From: an uncultured virus (IMG/VR IMGVR_UViG_3300030061_001589)
Taxonomy: Duplodnaviria > Heunggongvirae > Uroviricota > Caudoviricetes
Strand: one strand, 5' to 3'
Length of the DNA stretch: 64,000 nt
IMG/VR virus record: IMGVR_UViG_3300030061_001589
In this document: positions 38,576 to 48,399 of the stretch, piece after piece
Layout: each line of letters starts with the position of its first letter
Position numbering within the stretch: the first letter of the stretch is position 1
The notes under the pieces: model-generated
What the model was told of the DNA's origin: nothing
Database searches by the model: none
Seen by the model: only the letters and a program-made list of their open reading frames with translations
Translations under genes and position numbers: made by a program

Positions 38576-41500
38576 CTATGCGTTGCTAAGATTCATGCCT
38601 CTTAAACCTGCGCCTCTCTCTATCTCATCTAATATTTGATTTGCTGCTTGTGTAGTAGTCATACCATTAAACGTATTACTCATAATTACTTCTGTGGTAG
38701 TTATAAGAGTTTCGACTCCCTGTTGTACTACTTGTTTAACTAGATTACCTGTTAGTTTGTCAGAAGAAAATCCATAGAATAATTCTTCTCTTGTATTGTT
38801 AAAGTTTTGTAGAGCCTCGTCTGCCTCGGTGTACCCATCTACCATAGCACCTAACATATTCATTTCTGCTGATGTTAAAGCATCTGCACCCATTTGTAGA
38901 CTTTCTAATAAACTAACAACCCCTTCTTCTGTAGTTATATTAGCCTCATCAATCATTTTTGCTAATTCGGGATATTTTTCTGCAAAACTTTCAAACTGCT
39001 TTGTGTAATCTTCTATAGCGTTATTAGAGGTCATAAAGGAAGAATCTCCTATTGTGACTTTTTCCGCAAAACTAGGCATATTTCTTTCCCACCATGATAA
39101 CCCATCTTCATATTCTTCTATTGCATTTTTTCTAAGTGCTGCGCTAATATCCGGTAAATTATCTTTATCGTACATTCTCGCTGTTAAAATATCTATTAGC
39201 ATTTGTTCTTTAGACATTACTTTATCTATTTGTGCTATTCTTTCATCGGCAGCCGCAGAATCTTGATTTTCTAATGTTTTTCTTTCTGCCGCAAGGTCAG
39301 CAAGAGAAGCAGTTAGACCTTCTATTGTTAAAGTTTCATCTTTAAGGGCTTCTACTAAATCTTCTGTTGATGCTTTATACATATTTAAGTCCGAAGTTTC
39401 CGATGCGAAATCCGGTATGCTAGTGTCCCAAACACCTAGTCTTTCTAATACTTCTACCAAAAGAAGGCCAGCCCCTATTAAAAGAATGTAAGGTGCAAAG
39501 GCTACTACTGCTGCTTTACCCGCCGCCGCTATTCCACCTGCCGCAAAAATGGCCGCACCACCTACTGCGGTAAATGTTACCGCCTTTATTGCATTTACAC
39601 TCGCTACTACACCACTAATACTTATATTTTTAATCATGGCTATTCTTTCGACCATAAATGCTTTTATTTTAATATAGGTTGCTGTTATTAATGCACTTGT
39701 AGTAGCAATAAGACCTGCTTCTATTATTAATTTTACCTTTTTTACCGCATTATTTTTTATCTCGGTAATTGTTTCTAGGCTTCTAGCCCCTATAAGACCT
39801 TGTATAAGACCTATTTGCTTATAAATAATTACTGATTCTTGATACCTTGAAAGAGTGACTTTGTTAGTTGCTATTACATTTACTTCTTTTGCCTTTGCTA
39901 AACCAAAAAGCGATAGTGTTTCTTGCATATTAAGCATAATACTTTTACCGCTTTCAACAGCATTTAGTTGCATTTGTCTAAACATTGTCAGCATACCTGC
40001 TATGTTTAGCAACATACCAATCCTCATAGATTTCTGACCTTTACCAAACATCATCATGGCTGAACCCGCCATCATAAAGTTAGTAGAAAGTTTTTGCATA
40101 AGAGAGGCTTCTATGGCGGCAGCCTTAATTTTTTCTTGTCTTAGTTGTTGCTCTTTTTGCATAGCGTGTGTTTGAGCCATACCTAATTTATCCATAGAGT
40201 TATTCATTTTTATAGCATTCTCTTCTTGTTCTATACCTAACGCATTTGTCGCTCTAGTTGTACTTCTCAAACTAGACTCTAATGAATCTAATTCTGCTTC
40301 ATACTCGTTAATAATAGGTGTACTGTTTATTATATGATTATTTAGGTTTGCTTGTGCGTTTTCTGCTTTCTTTAAAGAATCGTCAAACTCTTTTATTGCG
40401 ATTGCATCAAAACGCATGAAGTTTGTATCTGCGTTGAAGTCTCTTGGGTCATCACCTAAAAGAGAATGACGAAGTTTTTCGGCCTGTGCGGTTTTTCTTA
40501 ACGCTTGTTCTTCTCTTCTTAGAGCCTGTATTTGTAAGTTTTTATTGTCTATATCCCTTTTAATTCCCGTAGCCGCTAAGTTTTGACCGTATATTTTACC
40601 TTGTATTTCTTTAGTAGTGTTATGTAGAGTTGATTGTAATAATAATTCTGCTTCTATTTGGTCTTTAGTTAATTCTACATTATGTTTTGAAGCAAGAGTA
40701 GTAAACTCTAATCTTTTAGTATGTTCTGTAATTAATGAGTTTAATTGAAACATCAAACTTGTATGACTTTGTAGTACTTGGTTTTTATTACCGTAAGCAT
40801 TTGCATTAACAATTTCTTCTTGATTTAATGCTCTCATTATTGTTTGTTGAGTTTGGAATGCTACATTTAGAGATTGCATATTTACCATTAGATTTACCAT
40901 AGGCCCTATCAAATCTCTCATTTCAGAACCAAAAGCAAACATTTGTCCTATACCTGCACCGAGAATACCATCTCCACCTACTAATATAGCAATTTCTTTA
41001 TTAAAATCAGCGTGTCTATTAGTGGCTTGTGTTAAAGCCGGCATAAGCCCATAACCAATAGCACCTGTGTAGTTTTTAAGTCTTGCTTCCGCTTCCTGTA
41101 ATTGGAACAAATCTGTATCTCTTCTTCTTTGTATTTCCTCTAACGCAGGAGATAATCTCATAAGAGCCTCAAACTCTAACTCTAAAACCCTATTGTAGTT
41201 TTCGCTTAACTTTAAGAATCTAGTGTAGTGTCTATTACCTGCTACTTGTTGAGCCAATCTTGTTCTTTCAGAAGAAGTTAAATCGGGGTATATTTTGTTT
41301 AAGTCTTTCATTATATCTGAAAAATCTCTTAGATTTCCGTCTGCATCTTTTGTGGCTATACCTAAATTATGGAATGCGTCTGCTGCACCGTTTGTATTAG
41401 CACCTAACCTAGCATATATCATACGCAAGGCTCTACCACCCTTTCCTTGTTCTTCACCGGCTTCAATAAGAACGGCAGACATAGCAGCCATACTAGCGAT

Positions 41501-42121
41501 ACTTTGTCCCGTTAGGTGTGCCTGTGAAGCGAATTGATTCATAACATAAGTAATCTGTTCCATAGTAGCAGCAGACCTGTTTTCTACTGTGTTAAGTTGG
41601 TCGAGAACTTTTATAGAGTTAGCCCTAATTTGATTTTGTCTTTCTTGTTCAGAAGCGTTATCCGCTATACCCTTTGTCATAAAATGAGTTTGTTGCTGTA
41701 AGTTAATCATACGTTGCATAGCACCTTCGGTACTCATACCACTTATTAGACCGAACTCCATACCTAACCGAGTACCTACACCCATTGTACCCGGACCCAT
41801 AACACCGCTTAGTTGCGCCATTCTAGCAGATGCTTGAAAGGCTTCATCAGCAGCGAATCCAAAACTTAGACCTAATTCTGTGACTTCTTGCTGTACTGCG
41901 GAAAAATCGTGTGCTGCTGTCAAAAACTTTTCTAACTCTATTCTTCCTTCTTCTATTTCTCTTGCTACGGGTATTACCGACTCCATAAACGCCCCAAATT
42001 GGTCGCCTATGGCTATACCTGCATCTTGAATACCTGTCACGGCATCAAGCATAATTGCTTGGAACATTACACTTGCTGCTTTAGCGTCTTTTAGTAGCCT
42101 GTTTGCTTGGAATGTACCCAT
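38576..42121 (-). CDS. Tail tape measure protein
   Basis: TP901-type core (LNTVENRSA, GRALRMIYARL, LGIATKDADGNLR), coiled coils, hydrophobic stretch; follows chaperone pair. Confidence 0.92.
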   Translation of the reverse strand: MGTFQANRLLKDAKAASVMFQAIMLDAVTGIQDAGIAIGDQFGAFMESVIPVAREIEEGRIELEKFLTAAHDFSAVQQEVTELGLSFGFAADEAFQASARMAQLSGVMGPGTMGVGTRLGMEFGLISGMSTEGAMQRMINLQQQTHFMTKGIADNASEQERQNQIRANSIKVLDQLNTVENRSAATMEQITYVMNQFASQAHLTGQSIASMAAMSAVLIEAGEEQGKGGRALRMIYARLGANTNGAADAFHNLGIATKDADGNLRDFSDIMKDLNKIYPDLTSSERTRLAQQVAGNRHYTRFLKLSENYNRVLELEFEALMRLSPALEEIQRRRDTDLFQLQEAEARLKNYTGAIGYGLMPALTQATNRHADFNKEIAILVGGDGILGAGIGQMFAFGSEMRDLIGPMVNLMVNMQSLNVAFQTQQTIMRALNQEEIVNANAYGNKNQVLQSHTSLMFQLNSLITEHTKRLEFTTLASKHNVELTKDQIEAELLLQSTLHNTTKEIQGKIYGQNLAATGIKRDIDNKNLQIQALRREEQALRKTAQAEKLRHSLLGDDPRDFNADTNFMRFDAIAIKEFDDSLKKAENAQANLNNHIINSTPIINEYEAELDSLESSLRSTTRATNALGIEQEENAIKMNNSMDKLGMAQTHAMQKEQQLRQEKIKAAAIEASLMQKLSTNFMMAGSAMMMFGKGQKSMRIGMLLNIAGMLTMFRQMQLNAVESGKSIMLNMQETLSLFGLAKAKEVNVIATNKVTLSRYQESVIIYKQIGLIQGLIGARSLETITEIKNNAVKKVKLIIEAGLIATTSALITATYIKIKAFMVERIAMIKNISISGVVASVNAIKAVTFTAVGGAAIFAAGGIAAAGKAAVVAFAPYILLIGAGLLLVEVLERLGVWDTSIPDFASETSDLNMYKASTEDLVEALKDETLTIEGLTASLADLAAERKTLENQDSAAADERIAQIDKVMSKEQMLIDILTARMYDKDNLPDISAALRKNAIEEYEDGLSWWERNMPSFAEKVTIGDSSFMTSNNAIEDYTKQFESFAEKYPELAKMIDEANITTEEGVVSLLESLQMGADALTSAEMNMLGAMVDGYTEADEALQNFNNTREELFYGFSSDKLTGNLVKQVVQQGVETLITTTEVIMSNTFNGMTTTQAANQILDEIERGAGLRGMNLSNA

Positions 42122-42190
42122 AATGTCGAATACAATTCGGGATGCACCAATTGGTATATTACCACCTCACGCTACTATTCTTTTTATAAA

Positions 42191-42510
42191 TCATTCTCCA
42201 ACACTATCTCCACTACCACCCTTTATAGGGACTCCGCTATCTCTAAGTGCTTTAAGAACGCCCCCACCGTCTGATAAGTGTTTTCTTTGCTCTCTTCTTT
42301 GGTCCCGTCTTGCTACTGCGCTCTTTGCATCTGTCTTTGCATCTTGCGTAGCCTCTTTAATTTTATCATTTATATCCATAGCAATTAGTATGTCTAATTG
42401 CATTTTATATGCACCGCCTTCGCAGTCATATTTATCAAATAGGTCCGAGGGTAAAACCCCCTTAAAAGCCATACATAGAGAGGGGGCTACTCTAATAAAG
42501 TCTATAAAGG
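42191..42510 (-). CDS. Tail assembly chaperone, -1 frameshift extension (gpT-like)
   Basis: Open -1 frame from the slippery site into MAFKGVLP... Confidence 0.8.
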
Positions 42511-42852
42511 GACTGCGCCTTCTTCTATATCGCCTCTAACGAATAGTAAAATATCTTGTAATTCCTCGAAGGTAAGAGTATCTATATCGAAACCTTCTGT
42601 TAATATACACTTAGGAATCCATTCTTCTATTTGTGATTGCATTCCGCCGCCCATTTCTTCTATTTTATTAGCAAACTCTTCATTTTGTTGTGTAGTCCAC
42701 TCACTAGGCTCTCCTGCATGATTCATTTCTCTAAAGGCTCTAGCCTGTATATTAGTTATTTTGAGTTTAGCCATCCCTGACGCTTGTTTAACCCAAATCT
42801 TGCTTCCATCATTTAATTCTATTTCTTTTTTTAGTACCGGCATTTCTATCAC
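42502..42852 (-). CDS. Tail assembly chaperone (gpG-like)
   Basis: Between tail tube and tape measure; slippery site at 3' end. Confidence 0.8.
   Translation of the reverse strand: MIEMPVLKKEIELNDGSKIWVKQASGMAKLKITNIQARAFREMNHAGEPSEWTTQQNEEFANKIEEMGGGMQSQIEEWIPKCILTEGFDIDTLTFEELQDILLFVRGDIEEGAVPL
42505..42511 (-). other. -1 ribosomal frameshift heptamer C CCT TTA
   Basis: X XXY YYZ in frame, immediately before the TAG of 42502-42852. Confidence 0.85.
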
Positions 42853-42961
42853 TCCTTTTCTTTTGTTTTGGCGGTTCCGCCTCGCTTATTAGACGGACTG
42901 TTCCATCCTCTTTAATTTCCCAAACACCTAAAGTGTTTATGAAGGTATTCCTATCATTCAT
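42809..42961 (-). CDS. Small basic-tailed protein, 50 aa (not in ORF track)
   Basis: ATGA overlap; MNDRNTFINTLGVWEIKEDG... Confidence 0.5.
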   Translation of the reverse strand: MNDRNTFINTLGVWEIKEDGTVRLISEAEPPKQKKRSDRNAGTKKRNRIK

Positions 42962-43200
42962 TCTTCTTCATCTACTTTTGACGTAAAAGAACGTGGTAAT
43001 GCTTTCATTACTTTGTCCCAACCCATATCTATTGCTTGCTCTCTTGTAGGCGTTTCTACTATTCTATATCTTAATAGACCCAAAGCATAACCTTCTTTTC
43101 TTCTTGATTCTTCACTCCACCACCAAATATCTTCGGCAGGGTGCTGTCCTAATGCGGCAGCCAAAACTTCTATATCTTTACTTGCTACTAATACTTTCAT
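42958..43200 (-). CDS. Hypothetical protein
   Basis: AGGTG RBS; late operon. Confidence 0.7.
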   Translation of the reverse strand: MKVLVASKDIEVLAAALGQHPAEDIWWWSEESRRKEGYALGLLRYRIVETPTREQAIDMGWDKVMKALPRSFTSKVDEEE

Positions 43201-43209
43201 TTTTACACC

Positions 43210-43347
43210 TTACTGTTTTTTAGATTTCTTAGCAGCCTTCTTTTTAGGTGCTGCTTTCTTTTTTCTTTCGATAAGTTTTTCAACCAATCTACCATCTTTT
43301 ATTTCTTTAGACCAAATGTTTCCTTCTTTATCTTCGTATGTTTCCAT
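43210..43347 (-). CDS. Small Lys-rich protein, 45 aa (not in ORF track)
   Basis: AGGTGAG RBS; METYEDKEGNIWSKEIKDG...KKKAAPKKKAAKK. Confidence 0.65.
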   Translation of the reverse strand: METYEDKEGNIWSKEIKDGRLVEKLIERKKKAAPKKKAAKKSKKQ

Positions 43348-43363
43348 TTTACTCACCTTATGT

Positions 43364-43561
43364 TTATGCTACATCAATCCATACTACGGTTAATGTAATA
43401 AAATTACTATCTTTTTTTCTTGAAGTATCACAAGAAATTACTACATCATCGTTGGCTATTGCAGCCCTAAATGCTGTTTGTACTTCTGCTGCTGTACCTG
43501 TAAAAGCATTGACCTTTAGTTTAGTTTTGTCTGCAATTACTGTACCACCATTGTTAGCCAT
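43364..43561 (-). CDS. Small putative virion protein
   Basis: AGGTGA RBS; follows tail tube. Confidence 0.65.
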   Translation of the reverse strand: MANNGGTVIADKTKLKVNAFTGTAAEVQTAFRAAIANDDVVISCDTSRKKDSNFITLTVVWIDVA

Positions 43562-43572
43562 ACTTAATCACC

Positions 43573-44805
43573 TTAGTACATTTCCGGGTACGAAGAATTA
43601 GACAAAGATGCACCTTGATAACCTATCTCTATTGATTTACCCGATACAGGGTTTACTAATGCCGTAAAACCTACTGTCATTGTGTTTGAATCTCTTCCAC
43701 TAACACCTGCACCTGTTGGTGCATCAAATCTTAGATGGAATAACTCAATAACCATTTTGTTAGCGACAGCGCCTTCTTCTATAAACTCTAGTTTCATAAC
43801 AGAAGAATCGTTATATGCTTGTGCTGATGATTTGTATTCTAATCCGCCTTCTGTTGTTAGTGTAGCCCAATGTGGTACTTCTGCGCCTTCGGCAGTATAT
43901 ACTACTTCGTTAAAATCAATACTACCTGTAATCTCCATTAATTGTGAAGCAGGTGCAGTTTTGTATGTAGAAGAACCTAATCCGTATGCGTTGTCAGTAT
44001 CTCTATTCATAGAAATATCTAGTGATATTCCTTTAACTACTGCTGTTGCGCTACCGTAAGAACCGTCAGCGTTAGCGTTAAAGTAAACATTACCGTTAGC
44101 AAAGTGTAAAGCACTTAGAGCCTCACCGGAAAAATCGGGTGTATCTAATGCTGCTACTGCACTTTCAGCCCTACCTACAAAATCAGCACTTATCATAACG
44201 TATTCTCCTACGTTAGCAGTTAGACTAAAACTATCAACCATCATACCTGTAAAAGTGTGTTCTTTTTGTTCTCTACCTACTCTTACGGTATAAGAAGGAT
44301 AACCAATTTTGTACCATTTTGATTCATTAAAACTCTCGGCTGATGTAATTGCTGTTGTACATCTATAAACATCTCCTTGATATGTACAGTAAGAATCTTC
44401 GTTAATAGAAGCCGGGCCATTTCCTGTGTCGGGATAGTTAATAACATTAAAAGCATCACTTGATGATAGTTTTGCACTAAGAGCGTAAGATGCAGGTTTC
44501 ATAGTATGTAATTGTGCAGAACCACTTAATGTCCTTTTATCATCGGGTAAAATACCGTGTAAGACGTGTCCTAAGAAATTGTCTATCTGTGCCGCCATAT
44601 TTATTGTTCCATCTGAATATTCTGTTCCTGTTTGCATTTTTGATGAGATTTGTCTACTTATGTCGCTTCTTGTTAGCATATCAAAAGACATAGCAAATGA
44701 TTCATCATCTACTTCTCCAAATATTTCTGCTGTGCCGTCTGCGCCTGTTCCGTAGCCGGTTTCTCTTTCTAATGAAACATATCTATTATTAAACTCGCTT
44801 GTCAT
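43573..44805 (-). CDS. Major tail tube protein with an inserted domain
   Basis: YVSL.RE..YG N-terminus, SYTVRVGR, FTGMMVDSFSL, EITGSI; gene position. Confidence 0.85.
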   Translation of the reverse strand: MTSEFNNRYVSLERETGYGTGADGTAEIFGEVDDESFAMSFDMLTRSDISRQISSKMQTGTEYSDGTINMAAQIDNFLGHVLHGILPDDKRTLSGSAQLHTMKPASYALSAKLSSSDAFNVINYPDTGNGPASINEDSYCTYQGDVYRCTTAITSAESFNESKWYKIGYPSYTVRVGREQKEHTFTGMMVDSFSLTANVGEYVMISADFVGRAESAVAALDTPDFSGEALSALHFANGNVYFNANADGSYGSATAVVKGISLDISMNRDTDNAYGLGSSTYKTAPASQLMEITGSIDFNEVVYTAEGAEVPHWATLTTEGGLEYKSSAQAYNDSSVMKLEFIEEGAVANKMVIELFHLRFDAPTGAGVSGRDSNTMTVGFTALVNPVSGKSIEIGYQGASLSNSSYPEMY

Positions 44806-44854
44806 ACTATTACCTCTAGTTAGTACTTACCACCTAAAGAGTCTCTTATCAATA

Positions 44855-45919
44855 TTATCTATGTCTCATATCTATTTTACGCATATATGTAAGAGTTAAT
44901 TGGTGTACACATACAGTTTCGTCATCATCCATTTTAGTATCTAGTAAAGCACTATAACTCGTAATACTGTCTGTAGTAGCCAATACACCTGTTTTTGTAT
45001 ATAATTCATCAAACACTTCACCTAAAATATTCATGCCTGTTCTGTATGAGTTTTCGTAATTAGTACCCGCTACGACAACATATATTTCTACATCATAATT
45101 TTGTGTTATTTTACTACCACCTAAAGAATCAAAGGTAGGAGAGCCTACGTTAGTTAATAAAACATGGATATTAGGGCTTGGTAATCTATTTGTCATATCA
45201 GAAGATAAATCATAACCGTATATAATACTACTATCCGGTACTTGAGTTTTTAAATATAATCTTTTAGAATCTTTTAGTGTTTCTACTATACCCAATCCCA
45301 TTCTTGATAGAGTATCTTGTGCAAAGTCTGAAACCATAAGTTGTTCGGGGTCAAAAGAGCCAAACTTAGAATAATATACACTAGACCATTTTATAGAACC
45401 GCTAGTATTACCCCATTGTATAACTTTAGAAGAACCTGTTGCGCCTGTGACACTATAAAAAGCGGTTTCTGCACTATCGTTTTGTATAATTTCATGTGTG
45501 TATAATTTTGCTGCGCCTGTTGAATCTAAAGTTAATCTTAAAACTAAAGGTACAGGGTTTTGTTCCGCTAAAAGTAAATCTAAATTACTTATAGTGGTTG
45601 TTGTAGTACCTACTAATTTAATAGACGTAGCACTACCCGTACCTTTTACTTCTACTTTATGTGTTCCGTTGTCTAATTTAATTAATACCTCATCGTTATT
45701 AGGTGCTGTATTATAAGACAAACAACTTACAAATGTATATGCTGTATTAGTAGTAGGCGTTATTGTATAAGTACCGTTTGTTATAACCCAATTACCACTA
45801 GACGCTGTACCACTACCCGATACAGCAGTCCAAGAATCTTGGAAATTACCTGTTAATGCCGTAGGGTCAGTACCGTTCATTCTACTGTTCCAATATTGTG
45901 TAGTTGTTGCTATTGTCAT
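44855..45919 (-). CDS. Tail terminator-like protein with N-terminal beta-sandwich domain
   Basis: C-terminal RLP.PNIHV...YDVEIYV pattern; upstream of tail tube. Confidence 0.55.
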   Translation of the reverse strand: MTIATTTQYWNSRMNGTDPTALTGNFQDSWTAVSGSGTASSGNWVITNGTYTITPTTNTAYTFVSCLSYNTAPNNDEVLIKLDNGTHKVEVKGTGSATSIKLVGTTTTTISNLDLLLAEQNPVPLVLRLTLDSTGAAKLYTHEIIQNDSAETAFYSVTGATGSSKVIQWGNTSGSIKWSSVYYSKFGSFDPEQLMVSDFAQDTLSRMGLGIVETLKDSKRLYLKTQVPDSSIIYGYDLSSDMTNRLPSPNIHVLLTNVGSPTFDSLGGSKITQNYDVEIYVVVAGTNYENSYRTGMNILGEVFDELYTKTGVLATTDSITSYSALLDTKMDDDETVCVHQLTLTYMRKIDMRHR

Positions 45920-45921
45920 AA

Positions 45922-46878
45922 TTAAGCCGACCTTCCTTTTAATGTTTTATATCCGCCTCTCGGACTAGATTTTGCTTTGTATTTTCCTACTTTTTGTGCG
46001 TACAATTGAGTTAGGCTTTTATTACTTACACCACCAAACTGCCCACCATCCATTCTACTACCAAAAATACCTGTAGGTTTATCATTTTTACTAACTTTAA
46101 GTACTTTACTTGTATAATTAAAAGACCCTATACCATAAGAAGTTATAGGACTTATAGGTTTACCAAACTGTAAAGCCCCTTTTTTCTTTTCAAAATAATG
46201 TAAAGATTCAGCCAAAGTATTATATATTCTTGCTTCTCCCCTAAAAGGATTGTCTCTTATTTTTTCTACTGTTGTACCTGCAAAACTTTTTTTATTTTTA
46301 ATCTTTTCTCTTGTTGTTATTACTGTTTCTCTAGCCAATTCTTCTAGTAATTCTTCTGCTTTTAAATAAACTAAACTGCTTATTTCTTTACTTATAATAT
46401 CAAAAGCCTTTTTATCAAAAAATACACTAAATCCTAATGTATCTTTTTTAGATTGTTTTCTTGTTATTTGTTCAAAACCATACCTACCTGTTCTATTATC
46501 TGTCGAAACAGTAGAGCCTGTTTTATATTTACTTCTTCTTAAAGCAGATGAAGTTTTATGTACTTGTGAACCACCTCTTTTCAAATCCTTTCTATCTTTA
46601 GAAGAAAAACTACCTAAACTTCTTATATATTTTTTAAGTACTTCTTCTTTTTTGTTTACTTCCCTTGCTGCTATTCTAGCGGCCATATCCATTAAAGGTA
46701 TAGCCGGATAACCCGGATAATAAAGATTTTTATAGTCTACAAAAATACCTTTAGTATCTTGTTTTGCCGACCTTTTTTTAAGTTGTGAAAACCCACTTTT
46801 TTTAGTAGATTTTCCGAAGGACCGAGGTTCGTTTGTCATACCATAATCAGTTAATTTTTCGGCCATAATACACCTCAA
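45922..46878 (-). CDS. Very basic protein in the neck/tail-completion position
   Basis: Lys/Arg/Ser-rich long ORF. Confidence 0.6.
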   Translation of the reverse strand: MRCIMAEKLTDYGMTNEPRSFGKSTKKSGFSQLKKRSAKQDTKGIFVDYKNLYYPGYPAIPLMDMAARIAAREVNKKEEVLKKYIRSLGSFSSKDRKDLKRGGSQVHKTSSALRRSKYKTGSTVSTDNRTGRYGFEQITRKQSKKDTLGFSVFFDKKAFDIISKEISSLVYLKAEELLEELARETVITTREKIKNKKSFAGTTVEKIRDNPFRGEARIYNTLAESLHYFEKKKGALQFGKPISPITSYGIGSFNYTSKVLKVSKNDKPTGIFGSRMDGGQFGGVSNKSLTQLYAQKVGKYKAKSSPRGGYKTLKGRSA

Positions 46879-47399
46879 CTAAAAGAGCCAAGATGTGCTA
46901 ACCTAACTAAATTATTAGTGCCTCTCTCTCTTAATACATTACCCCTTAATGTATCTCCGCCTGTATGAAATGTGGATTCATCTTCCATGTAATATGCTGC
47001 TGCTATATCACCACATATTTCTCTAAGAACGTGTGCAAACTCACCTTGTTGTACTATAACACCGCTTGCGTGTGCAACAGAAACTCCTGTCACACCTGTT
47101 AAATCATTACTAGATTTTCCTGTCCAAGATATTGTATCTCCATCAATATTACCACTACCCGAAGTAGCAAAAGCACTTGCACTTGTTAATGTTATCGTAG
47201 TAGCACCTACTGATACTGCACCATTTAAAGTAGTTTCTAATACACTAGGGTTTGCTCTACCATAGTCATTAAAAACCTGCTCTATTTCTATACTAGCCCT
47301 TCTTACAGCAGTAATTAATCTATTACCTGCTTGTACCCTTTGTGCGCTATTAAGTCCTATGCGAGAACCAACATCACTTGTAGAACAATAATAAACCAT
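46875..47399 (-). CDS. Head-tail connector-like protein with inserted beta module
   Basis: YCSTSDV...RASIEIE...LREICGDIAA; insert TTLNGAVSVGATTITL. Confidence 0.65.
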   Translation of the reverse strand: MVYYCSTSDVGSRIGLNSAQRVQAGNRLITAVRRASIEIEQVFNDYGRANPSVLETTLNGAVSVGATTITLTSASAFATSGSGNIDGDTISWTGKSSNDLTGVTGVSVAHASGVIVQQGEFAHVLREICGDIAAAYYMEDESTFHTGGDTLRGNVLRERGTNNLVRLAHLGSFS

Positions 47400-47571
47400 T
47401 TAAACCAATTACTCCTATTAATAATATTTGCGTTATCCAAAGCATACGCTTATTTATAGTATGGTATTCCTTAAGTGTCTTTTCAATATTACTAACTGTG
47501 ACAGATGTACTAGCAGATGTAGAACCTAGATGTTTTACCCAAGTATTCCATTTTTCTATATCGCTAGTCAT
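47374..47571 (-). CDS. Small membrane protein
   Basis: C-terminal hydrophobic helix. Confidence 0.6.
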   Translation of the reverse strand: MTSDIEKWNTWVKHLGSTSASTSVTVSNIEKTLKEYHTINKRMLWITQILLIGVIGLNGLLLFYK

Positions 47572-47575
47572 ATTA

Positions 47576-47821
47576 TCACATTTGTGTAGAAATACCCATA
47601 GCCCCTGCTACTATTGCTATTAAGGTAAAAATAATTTTTTGCATATTTCCCATATATGTACCTATTAGACCATTAGTTATTTCTAACTCGGTAGCCACTT
47701 TAGCAAGTCCTGTTTGCATACTTACTTGGGATTGTACTAATTGTTCAATTAATCTTTCGTGTCTTTTTACAGACTCTTCTAAATTGTCTAATCTTATTGA
47801 GACAACATCAGAATCAGCCAC
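47576..47821 (-). CDS. Coiled-coil protein with C-terminal TM helix (holin/XhlA-like architecture)
   Basis: Heptad pattern then IIFTLIAIVAGAMG. Confidence 0.6.
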   Translation of the reverse strand: MADSDVVSIRLDNLEESVKRHERLIEQLVQSQVSMQTGLAKVATELEITNGLIGTYMGNMQKIIFTLIAIVAGAMGISTQM

Positions 47822-48216
47822 TAAGCCTCACCCATGTGTGCTTCTAATCGAGCCACAAGGTCTGCTTTTTTGCCTTTTACTGAAAGACCCGCTTCTTTTA
47901 ACTTCTCTTTCAATTCTGCAACATTATGAGAGCCAAGAGTTTTTTCTATTTTCTCTATCTCTTCTTTTGCTTCTTCGGCTTTCTCCTTAACCTCGTCTAC
48001 TGAATCTAATAATTCATCTAATGTTATTTTTCCATCAGCATTTAGTACTAGGTATTTTTTATATAAAAATACACCTATACCCGCTAATGCTACTAAAGAT
48101 AAAAGTATCAATTCTATATCATCTAATAATGATGAAGAATCTAGGGCTATGCAATCTATTGTTTCGTTAAGTGCGTTTAGGCACGTTTCTTTTGTTGTGT
48201 TAGTTGTGTTATTCAT
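47821..48216 (-). CDS. Membrane-anchored SAP-domain protein
   Basis: TM helix, NADGKITLDEL, then VAELKEKLKEAGLSVKGKKADLVARL. Confidence 0.8.
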   Translation of the reverse strand: MNNTTNTTKETCLNALNETIDCIALDSSSLLDDIELILLSLVALAGIGVFLYKKYLVLNADGKITLDELLDSVDEVKEKAEEAKEEIEKIEKTLGSHNVAELKEKLKEAGLSVKGKKADLVARLEAHMGEA

Positions 48217-48218
48217 TT

Positions 48219-48395
48219 TTATTCCTCTCTATCGTATATTACTTGCTTAACTGCTGAATGCGGTATAACTGTAAATGCTCTTTCGCTGCCTCTTCTATAA
48301 ATCTTGAACCCATGAGGTGTCTCTTCAATGTTTACATTGGTATATGACTTTTCGGGCGCAATATACACTATTTTACCTGTTCTTACTTCTCCCAA
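48219..48395 (-). CDS. Small beta-rich protein, 58 aa (not in ORF track)
   Basis: TTG start after GGTGTGA; fills the gap between two genes. Confidence 0.6.
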   Translation of the reverse strand: MGEVRTGKIVYIAPEKSYTNVNIEETPHGFKIYRRGSERAFTVIPHSAVKQVIYDREE

Positions 48396-48399
48396 AAAA

